A stretch of 64,000 nt of DNA from a virus (lineage: Duplodnaviria; Caudoviricetes). The first letter of the stretch is position 1. Each line of letters opens with the position of its first letter. The stretch covers positions 50,967 to 114,966 of the IMG/VR virus record IMGVR_UViG_3300032332_000934. One strand, 5' to 3'. A program made the position numbers and the translations under genes. Positions 57,017 to 64,000 of the stretch are shown piece by piece. The notes beneath the pieces were generated by a model. It had not been told where the DNA came from and searched no databases. It saw only the letters and a list, made by a program, of their open reading frames with translations.

Positions 57017-57712
57017 TTAAACCATCCAGTGTGTAGTAAACATTATCTTGTTACCCTTTGTAACAGGAAGAGATTCATGTAGGTATGGGTGAACTGAAGG
57101 GAAAAGAACCAGGCTTCCCGCCTTTGGTTTAATTTTTATATCTTGATTTTTAAAGTAAATCTCTCCACCCTCATAGTCATCATTAAGATAGCATACCAAG
57201 GAATACTTTAAATTTTCTCCAGTACCAGATGGATCTTCTGCGTCACAGTGTGGTCCCATTCCTTTTCCAGTATCATACTTTGCAACCTTAATATAATCAA
57301 GCCCCATTTTAATTTGTTCTGGAGTACTGTCTACCTTTTGAATATTAGAGACATCTCTACGCATTATTTCAGCGTATCTTTTTGCACACATTTCTGGAGC
57401 CATAATTAAACTATTTACAACATATAAAACTTGCTTATTTAGCATATCATCATCTGAGTTTAATTGTTTTTTAGAAGTGTCTATAAACTTCTGAATACCG
57501 TACCCAAAATTATCATCGTTGCTTGCTCCCCAACTGCTCCATTTTGGTATTCCGCTATATGATTTTGGATTAGCATCTAAATCTTCCATTAAAGATAGAA
57601 GCTTTTCTGGATAGCTAATAACGTTTTCAAAGTACACTATGCCTCTATCGTGATAAACAATATCAAACATTGTGTACATTTGTCTTGGTTGAACTTCTTT
57701 AATTTCCATCAA
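57017..57712 (-). CDS. 2OG-Fe(II) oxygenase #6
   Basis: HCD...YLNDDYEGGE...KPKAGS..FPS...H...GNK. Confidence 0.88.
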   Translation of the reverse strand: MMEIKEVQPRQMYTMFDIVYHDRGIVYFENVISYPEKLLSLMEDLDANPKSYSGIPKWSSWGASNDDNFGYGIQKFIDTSKKQLNSDDDMLNKQVLYVVNSLIMAPEMCAKRYAEIMRRDVSNIQKVDSTPEQIKMGLDYIKVAKYDTGKGMGPHCDAEDPSGTGENLKYSLVCYLNDDYEGGEIYFKNQDIKIKPKAGSLVLFPSVHPYLHESLPVTKGNKIMFTTHWMV

Positions 57713-58478
57713 CTTCTCCGATTTCTGCTAATGCAGCATCATACTCTCTACCGTCTGGAGTTCTTCTTTTGCCGCTATCTCTTATTTCTTTCCACTCCTG
57801 CTGTTCTACTTTTTGCTGTTTTCTTGTCTCATCAATTTCTTCGGCCCATCTAGCTTTTGTTTCTTCGGGATATTCTTCTTCAGGTCTATCATCCCAAAAA
57901 GAACCAACAGTGTATCTATCGCTTTTAAACACTGGAAGAACCTCATGAGTATTCTCATGGCCGCCATCAAAAATAGCAAGCATTCCAGTTTTAGGTTTAA
58001 CTGTCAAATCAAAATTTTTAAAGTTAAGCTCTCCACCATCAAAATCATCATTTAAATAAAGGAAACCTGCGTATCTACTTCTTTCAAAAGCACTGGGTTT
58101 TCCATCGTAACTATTGTCTGAGTGGAAAGCTGCATAAGCGCCAGGAATCCATTTTTGGCTATGGAAGCTTATCTTGTAAGCTTCTCCCCCAATTATTTCT
58201 CTTGCTGCATTTTTAAACTTTTCTTCTAGGTCATCGAGAAAATTGTCTGGAAGCCCAGCATCTTCATACCATTTAGCTAATTTATTTTTGTCATCAGTTA
58301 ACTGATTTGGCATATTATAAGCATAGGATTCATAAAAAGAAATTGGATGCCATTCAAAGTCTCCACTTTCAATTAAATTATTAAACATCTTAATTATTCC
58401 AGCAGATTCTTCTTTAGTTAAAAAGTCTTCATAAAGATAAACTGGATGCTCATTATCTCTAGCTTTAATTAACTTCAA
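57699..58478 (-). CDS. 2OG-Fe(II) oxygenase #7
   Basis: HSD...YLNDDFDGGE...HEV...DRYT. Confidence 0.88.
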   Translation of the reverse strand: MKLIKARDNEHPVYLYEDFLTKEESAGIIKMFNNLIESGDFEWHPISFYESYAYNMPNQLTDDKNKLAKWYEDAGLPDNFLDDLEEKFKNAAREIIGGEAYKISFHSQKWIPGAYAAFHSDNSYDGKPSAFERSRYAGFLYLNDDFDGGELNFKNFDLTVKPKTGMLAIFDGGHENTHEVLPVFKSDRYTVGSFWDDRPEEEYPEETKARWAEEIDETRKQQKVEQQEWKEIRDSGKRRTPDGREYDAALAEIGEVDGN

Positions 58479-59320
58479 TTGTATATGCCTCCGTCAATTT
58501 TTATATCCATTATATCTTCATAGGATATAACCTTCTTATCTCTTATATAAATCATATTCCTTGGATCGTCATTTGCAATTCTTTCAATTTCTTGCTTTGA
58601 CCACTTATAAGCACCATATCTCTTTTGATTAGCCAGCCATTCTTTAGAGCCATCATAATCAAACATAACAAAGTTTCTGATAAAGAACTTATTGCCGTCT
58701 GGTATTGTTTTTACTCCATGATAAAATGGCTCACCTGATGGAAACACTAGTAGGTCTCCTGCTACGGGTTTATGATTTACAAACTTGCCACCAACATAAA
58801 ATTCAATATCTCCACCATTATAGTTATCATTTATATAAAATGTACATGTTGTATGGAATTTTTCTCCAGGCATATCTTTTTGAGAAATAATAAAATCTGT
58901 GTGATATTGCATTGTCATTTGATTTTTTAAAGTATCAATTAGATTAAAATATTTACACCAGGATTGTCCGCTATATCTTGCACCTTGTGGAATTTCAATT
59001 CCAGTGTGATTAAAATAATGTGATATTGCTTTGTCGTAAGAGTTTGCAATTTCTTCAAATAGAGCTTTTTCTTCATTAAAAATTTCATTTTTTTCAGCTA
59101 TATCAAGTAACGGCTGCTCTTTGGCTTGTGTATATGTTCCATATTGAGCCCATGGAGTCCACTGTTGGAAAAAGTTACTCTGGTCTGAAGACTCTGAACG
59201 CATCATTATCTTGTATGCTAAGTCTGGATCCTTTAACATTCCTCTATACAAAATTACGCCTGGAAGTAATTCTGTCCAGTTTAAAGAGTCTATGTCATTT
59301 ACTATATTTAAATTATGCAT
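58475..59320 (-). CDS. 2OG-Fe(II) oxygenase #8
   Basis: HTD...YINDNYNGGD...KPVAGD..FPS...YHGV...NKFF. Confidence 0.88.
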   Translation of the reverse strand: MHNLNIVNDIDSLNWTELLPGVILYRGMLKDPDLAYKIMMRSESSDQSNFFQQWTPWAQYGTYTQAKEQPLLDIAEKNEIFNEEKALFEEIANSYDKAISHYFNHTGIEIPQGARYSGQSWCKYFNLIDTLKNQMTMQYHTDFIISQKDMPGEKFHTTCTFYINDNYNGGDIEFYVGGKFVNHKPVAGDLLVFPSGEPFYHGVKTIPDGNKFFIRNFVMFDYDGSKEWLANQKRYGAYKWSKQEIERIANDDPRNMIYIRDKKVISYEDIMDIKIDGGIYN

Positions 59321-59323
59321 TTA

Positions 59324-60070
59324 TTAGCCCCTATCTCCATAAAGCTTTTGCCAAGATGGCGATTTAAATTGATCTGAATAGTTTTGTGGAGGCTGAGTCT
59401 CTCCAGTGTGTTTTAAAATTGTCCAAAAAAATGGAGCTGTAAATCTATTTCCAGATTTTACTGGACGGACTCCATGAGTATAGTATTTATCTCCTGGGAA
59501 AAAATATGCTGCTCTTGGTTTTGGTTTAAATTCAATTCCGTGTGTTGGAAAATAAAGTTCTCCGCCTTCATACTTATCATCAAAATAAAATAGACCAGCA
59601 ATATCGTAATAAGGAAAATCATTTGGTCTTCCTTCTTCTTCGCCCGTATGGAACTCTTTATCCGCATGAGGCTCTTGTCTTGCTCCAACTGGCCATCTTA
59701 CTATTGCTGGGCCAGTGGCTTGCACATCGACATCAAAAAATTTATCTACTTCTATCTTAAGTCTATTAATCATATCCCAAAGAAGATCAATTATTGCTGG
59801 ATCTGATTTCTTTAGTGAGCCAGCAGTGCATACTCTATCTTCCCATATATTTGCATCATATAGAACTAATCCATCTTCATCAATGTGAGTTTCTGTTTTA
59901 TCCCAAATTTTATTTGTTAGGGCAAAATTAATAAGACGCTGTTGCTCTTCTTCTGTTATAAAGTTTTGTAGTTCTACAATATTATCTATTGAATCACCAA
60001 AAAATCCAGATGGTGTTATTGATATTGGGGCTTTTCCGCCTCCCATAATTCCTTGATTAACTATTTCCAT
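59324..60070 (-). CDS. 2OG-Fe(II) oxygenase #9
   Basis: HAD...YEGGELYF...HGVRPV..GNRFT; leaderless TGGTATATT promoter (60077-60085). Confidence 0.88.
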   Translation of the reverse strand: MEIVNQGIMGGGKAPISITPSGFFGDSIDNIVELQNFITEEEQQRLINFALTNKIWDKTETHIDEDGLVLYDANIWEDRVCTAGSLKKSDPAIIDLLWDMINRLKIEVDKFFDVDVQATGPAIVRWPVGARQEPHADKEFHTGEEEGRPNDFPYYDIAGLFYFDDKYEGGELYFPTHGIEFKPKPRAAYFFPGDKYYTHGVRPVKSGNRFTAPFFWTILKHTGETQPPQNYSDQFKSPSWQKLYGDRG

Positions 60071-60094
60071 AAATACAATATACCATATTCTATA

Positions 60095-60811
60095 TTAAAT
60101 ATCACTAGGGCTATCCTGTATAACCTTTAGCTTTAAAGCTTTTATTTCATGATCTCCAAGTTTATTGCCCTTATGGTCAAAACCATTTCTATAAAAATCA
60201 GACCAACTAAGTTTTTTGTTTATTTCATGAATTGCCATAGAGTATTCATATAATTCTTTTTGTGAGACTTCTTGATCTTTTGGTTCAACTTCTACATGAA
60301 TCTCTGAATTATTTAAATCTGTCAATTTTATCGGTATTATAGAGCATATTGGGTGGCCAGCTGGAATTGTAATTTTTTTGTTTGGTGAAGTAATCATCCA
60401 GGCTACTGGAAGATCTGCTCTAAAAAAAGATGTACTTATTAGTGTTGTAAAAGGATATGCTCCGTCAATAAAAAAATTAGGCGCTGGCATAGTTAATAAA
60501 GTTGTATCTTTTTCAGTTTTAAATTTAATTCCAGTATTAAAACTTATTGTTCCGTTTGCTCTTCCTGGGTAAGCATACTTTTCACCTGATAAAATTTTAA
60601 CATGAGATGGATCAAAATTTGAAATACCATCCCAAATAAAAGTTATATCTTCTGGGAAACTTAAATACCATCCTAATGTATTTGTTAAAGTTACTGGAAA
60701 ACAATGATAGGCATGCTTTTGCCAAGTGCTATCCATCCAATCTCTTTTAACTGGAAGAGTATTTATTTCTGCAAAACCTTCTTTGGTTTTATAAGCTTTT
60801 ATTATTTCCAC
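60095..60811 (-). CDS. DUF6065-like protein
   Basis: RDWMD...HAYHCFP...N..GW...WDG...PN motifs. Confidence 0.7.
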   Translation of the reverse strand: MEIIKAYKTKEGFAEINTLPVKRDWMDSTWQKHAYHCFPVTLTNTLGWYLSFPEDITFIWDGISNFDPSHVKILSGEKYAYPGRANGTISFNTGIKFKTEKDTTLLTMPAPNFFIDGAYPFTTLISTSFFRADLPVAWMITSPNKKITIPAGHPICSIIPIKLTDLNNSEIHVEVEPKDQEVSQKELYEYSMAIHEINKKLSWSDFYRNGFDHKGNKLGDHEIKALKLKVIQDSPSDI

Positions 60812-61484
60812 TCAATGCACTTTCTCTTGCAGCGGCAGAGTTGGTCCTTTTCATTCTAAGAAGATCAAACTCCTGATTATGAGTATTGTCATTGTAATCA
60901 AGCATTGTAACTATTGAATACTTAATTCCTGATTTGACTGGCATTGCTCTGTGTGAAAACAAATAAGTTGAAGGAAAAATAACTATGTCTCCAGCTTCTG
61001 GAGTTATGGTTAAGTTAAGTTTAGGGAAATATAATTCCCCTCCTTCATAGTCATCGTTTGGATACGAAACCAATGAAACTGTTGCTATATAAGAAAATCC
61101 ATGATCTGAATGCTCTTGGAAATGTTGACCTTCTCCATATTTAATGAAGTTCATTGCTTCCCAAAATTGCATATCAATATTATAAAGCTTACAGTAATCT
61201 TTAACTGCATCTATTTGCATATCGTATGCGTTTTGCCAGATTTTATTTAAATGTTTTCTGCTTTCTGGCATGTTAGGCATTTCCTGTTTTTGAATTTTAA
61301 AATCTACACAGTCTCTATATGAAGGTACTTTTACATCATAACCTACTGTTGCTTCTCGCCATTCAAATTCATCATCATACTTAGACAATAGATTTTCTAC
61401 GTCATTGATAATATTTTTATCTATTTGATTTTTATAAACCCATAGACCAGGAGATATCTCATTTTTTAAAATATCCTTACTCAA
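60789..61484 (-). CDS. 2OG-Fe(II) oxygenase #10
   Basis: HSD...NDDYEGGELYF...AGD..FPS...H..MPV..GIKY. Confidence 0.88.
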   Translation of the reverse strand: MSKDILKNEISPGLWVYKNQIDKNIINDVENLLSKYDDEFEWREATVGYDVKVPSYRDCVDFKIQKQEMPNMPESRKHLNKIWQNAYDMQIDAVKDYCKLYNIDMQFWEAMNFIKYGEGQHFQEHSDHGFSYIATVSLVSYPNDDYEGGELYFPKLNLTITPEAGDIVIFPSTYLFSHRAMPVKSGIKYSIVTMLDYNDNTHNQEFDLLRMKRTNSAAARESALSGNNKSL

Positions 61485-61496
61485 TTTTAAAGCTCC

Positions 61497-61901
61497 CTAC
61501 TCTGTGAAAGAAGTACCATCCCAGGACATGCCAGTTTTTATTGCTGTGCTATCCATTTCAGTTACATCAATTGCAGAAATCCCATTGACTTCTGCATCCT
61601 TGTAGAGAGTATATCTTTTTTGAGTATAAACTCTTACAACTGCTTTTATTGTATTATCAGATACAAGTGCTACTGAATATGGTGAAGCTTCTTTTCTTTC
61701 TTCATCAAACTCAGAGAACACGTTGCCATCCCAAGTAGAATTTAATTTAACCTTTTTAGTTTCGGTTATATCTTTACATAAAAAATTAGAATTAAATAGC
61801 TCTGTAAATCTCTCTAATCTATTTGCATCTTCTTCTACATTTTCTACTTCAATCTTATCAATAACTTTATTTAATGATAGGAGTACGTAATTTTTTATCA
61901 T
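61497..61901 (-). CDS. Fibre-associated protein with two WDGxxF motifs
   Basis: STWDGNVF and MSWDGTSF; internal duplication. Confidence 0.6.
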   Translation of the reverse strand: MIKNYVLLSLNKVIDKIEVENVEEDANRLERFTELFNSNFLCKDITETKKVKLNSTWDGNVFSEFDEERKEASPYSVALVSDNTIKAVVRVYTQKRYTLYKDAEVNGISAIDVTEMDSTAIKTGMSWDGTSFTE

Positions 61902-61931
61902 AGTGATACCTCATTTATATTTTTTTTCATA

Positions 61932-62855
61932 TTAGTACGCTCTTAAGCTAAAGTATCCGCCAAATGCTGGTGGGCTGAAGAAGCCAGGTGGGAAGAACGG
62001 TGGGCTAAAGAAGCCAGGTGGGAAGAACGGTGGGCTAAAGAAGCCAGGTGGGAAGAACGGTGGACTAAAGAACACTGGCGGAAAGAAAGGTGGGGAAAAG
62101 AAGCCAGGTGGGAAGAACGGTGGGCTAAAGAAGCCAGGTGGGAAGAACGGTGGGCTAAAGAAGCCAGGTGGGAAGAACGGTGGGCTAAAGAAGCCAGGTG
62201 GGAAGAACGGTGGGCTAAAGAATGAAGGGGGCAAAGTTGTAACAGTACTAGAGAAAGCTGAAAATGAACTAGAGCCATTTACATTTCTTGCCCGTACTTT
62301 GTAAGCTTGTGAAGTATTTGCTTCATTTGCAATAGTTGTGCTTCCATTTGATGCGGTTGTAACTGTTTTATTTTTTGGAGTCGTTTCGTTTGATTCAATA
62401 TATATGTCAAGTATTGTCTGTCCACCATTAGCATTAAGTACCCAGCTAATTGTATCTAGGTCAACGCCAGCTGTTGCTGTTGGGGTATTTGGTGCTTGTG
62501 GAACAGTAGTTGCTGTTGCTGCTGGTGCAGCAACTGCATTTGAAGAATTATCTAAATAGGAGTCGTAAGACGAAACTGCATATGTATGTGAAGTATTTGA
62601 CAACAAGCCAGTTATTAAAGCTGTATTTGTGCCATAAGCAACAGTTGCCTTTAGAACTCCAGACTCATAAACTTTATATCCAGTAGGTGTATTTCCTGCT
62701 ACTGGCGCTGACCATGAAACTGTAATTGCTCCGTCATTAAATGGTCTACCGTTGTTTGATCCGTTTAGATAATCTGTTGCGGTTACTCCAGTTACTGGAT
62801 TTGGTCCAATAAAGTTATCTTGAGCAGATGACTTTCTACCTATATGTTTTGACAT
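61932..62855 (-). CDS. Two-Fn3-domain protein with C-terminal Pro/Phe decamer repeats
   Basis: VSWSAP...GYKV...TGL..NT..TYAV, YKVRARN; tail (PPFFPP[G/V]FFS)8. Confidence 0.85.
   Translation of the reverse strand: MSKHIGRKSSAQDNFIGPNPVTGVTATDYLNGSNNGRPFNDGAITVSWSAPVAGNTPTGYKVYESGVLKATVAYGTNTALITGLLSNTSHTYAVSSYDSYLDNSSNAVAAPAATATTVPQAPNTPTATAGVDLDTISWVLNANGGQTILDIYIESNETTPKNKTVTTASNGSTTIANEANTSQAYKVRARNVNGSSSFSAFSSTVTTLPPSFFSPPFFPPGFFSPPFFPPGFFSPPFFPPGFFSPPFFPPGFFSPPFFPPVFFSPPFFPPGFFSPPFFPPGFFSPPFFPPGFFSPPAFGGYFSLRAY
61981..62220 (-). repeat. Eight tandem 30-bp units (+ strand AAGCCAGGTGGGAAGAACGGTGGGCTAAAG)
   Basis: Six identical copies, one with one substitution, one with several synonymous changes plus G>V. 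Confidence 0.97.
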
Positions 62856-62881
62856 TTATATCTCCTATTTCTTTATATTAA

Positions 62882-64000
62882 TTAAGCTTTTAGATCTCCA
62901 GCAAGCAACCAAGTATCTGTTGCAACCTTTGTTAGTGTTGCAGAAGATGCTGTAGATCTTAGTGTCTGTCCTGGTGTAGCAAGTGGTGTTACACCTGAGG
63001 CAAATACAAAGTTTGCTCCAGTTCCAGATGCTTGGTAGAAGCTTATTGAAGTTCCAATTGGATATGCTGTTGTTGCATTCAATGGAACTGTAATTGTTTG
63101 TGTGCCTGAAATTGGTATTAACTGATCTCTTAGAGCAAGTCCGCCTGTTGATAGGTTGTATGCTGCAGAAATTGTAGTTCCAATTGTAGTTCGTGATGGA
63201 ACTCCTTCTTTTGTTTGTGTACCATCTGAAAACTGCACACCATTTGCTGACATATTTGATGTTCCAGATACTGTAATATTTGCTACAGTATTTGTACCTG
63301 TAAATGTTGGTGAAGCAAGTGGTGCATAAGTTGATGCAGCTGTTGCTGAAGCGAGCTTAAGATCAAGTGCTGTTTGTGTAGCAGTTGATATTGGCTTTGC
63401 TGTATCTGCTGTGTTGTCAACTGAACCTAGACCAACCATTGACTTTGTTATACCAGACACTGTTCCTGTAAATGTTGGTGAGGCAAGTGGAGCTTTTAAT
63501 GCAATTGAGTTTGTTATTGTTGTTGAGAATGATGCGTCATTTCCAAGAGCAGTTGCTAACTCATTAAGAGTATCTAATGCTGCTGGTGCTGATGCCACGA
63601 GGTTTGAAACAGCTGTTCCTACAAATGCTGTAGTTGCAACTTGAGTTGTATTTGTTCCCGCTGCTGCTGTTGGTGCAGTCGGTGTACCAGTAAGTGCTGG
63701 TGAGGCTAATGGAGCTTTTAAAGCTACATTAGAAATTGTTTCATAAGTTGTTGCAGCTGTTGCTGAAGCGAGCTTAAGATCAAGCGCTGTTTGTGTAGCG
63801 GTTGAGACTGGCTTAGCTGTATCTGCTGTGTTGTCAACTGAACCTAGACCAACCATTGACTTTGTTATACCAGACACAGTACCTGTGAATGTTGGTGAAG
63901 CAAGGTCTGCTTTTAATCCTAAGCTTGTTGAAAGGCCTGAGATCTTAGACTGAGCAATACCTGCTGATGCGTTAACGTCTGCATCAACAATTGTTCCATC
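62882..64000 (-). CDS. Tail fibre-like repeat protein (5' end beyond window)
   Basis: Frame open to window end; PLASPTFTG, VGLGSVDNT.D..KPVSTA, APAALDTLNELA repeats; C-terminal WLLAGDL domain. Confidence 0.85.
   Translation of the reverse strand, partial: DGTIVDADVNASAGIAQSKISGLSTSLGLKADLASPTFTGTVSGITKSMVGLGSVDNTADTAKPVSTATQTALDLKLASATAATTYETISNVALKAPLASPALTGTPTAPTAAAGTNTTQVATTAFVGTAVSNLVASAPAALDTLNELATALGNDASFSTTITNSIALKAPLASPTFTGTVSGITKSMVGLGSVDNTADTAKPISTATQTALDLKLASATAASTYAPLASPTFTGTNTVANITVSGTSNMSANGVQFSDGTQTKEGVPSRTTIGTTISAAYNLSTGGLALRDQLIPISGTQTITVPLNATTAYPIGTSISFYQASGTGANFVFASGVTPLATPGQTLRSTASSATLTKVATDTWLLAGDLKA
63336..63904 (-). repeat. ~150-bp intragenic direct repeat (63336-63487 and 63753-63904)
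   Basis: Near-identical copies encoding ASPTFTGTVSGITKSMVGLGSVDNTADTAKP.STATQTALDLKLASATAA. Confidence 0.9.

Noticed and set aside
61981-62220. 30-bp repeats as a CRISPR array
   Set aside because: Units are head-to-tail with no spacers, are in frame, and vary mostly at synonymous positions
61943-62278. ORF with LAHRSSHLAS repeats
   Set aside because: Alternate frame of the 30-bp repeat; the synonymous pattern of the divergent unit favours the Pro/Phe frame
643-63644. All plus-strand ORFs in the track
   Set aside because: Short, antisense to well-supported minus-strand genes, no recognisable motifs
1-64000. Stop-codon reassignment, introns or inteins in core genes
   Set aside because: DnaE, RecA, DnaB, TerL, portal and capsid are full-length and uninterrupted in code 11; TAA, TAG and TGA all end genes; no suppressor tRNA

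Overview
An AT-rich 64 kb segment of a large tailed phage (siphovirus-like Caudoviricetes) with essentially every real gene on the minus strand. Gene content suggests an Actinobacteria-infecting phage, probably freshwater, organised like the large Streptomyces BE/BK-type phages (inference from the ahpC-ahpD pair, actinobacterial-type SSB, DnaE, RecA, Cas4-like nuclease, PBSX-type portal and leaderless extended -10 promoters). In transcription order (high to low coordinate): fibre-like genes; an Fn3 protein ending in eight PPFFPP[G/V]FFS decamers followed by five 2OG-Fe(II) oxygenases and a DUF6065-like gene; a LamG protein; head genes; head-tail and tail genes, including a frameshifted chaperone and a 2826-aa tape measure with an embedded kinase-like domain; a 1226-aa Fn3/TSP1-like/([IV]N[TN])21/Hint protein with its own oxygenase; the replication/recombination block with three more oxygenases inserted; terminase; carbamoyltransferase; ahpC-ahpD; four tRNAs; and the start of an hsp20 gene behind a ROSE-like thermometer. 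The best candidate for an undescribed system is two parallel cassettes, each a low-complexity-repeat virion protein + W[DN]GxxF partner + prolyl-hydroxylase-like oxygenase(s). With ten oxygenases in the window, this points to phage-encoded post-translational modification of the virion surface. All calls are by motif recognition only; no searches were run.
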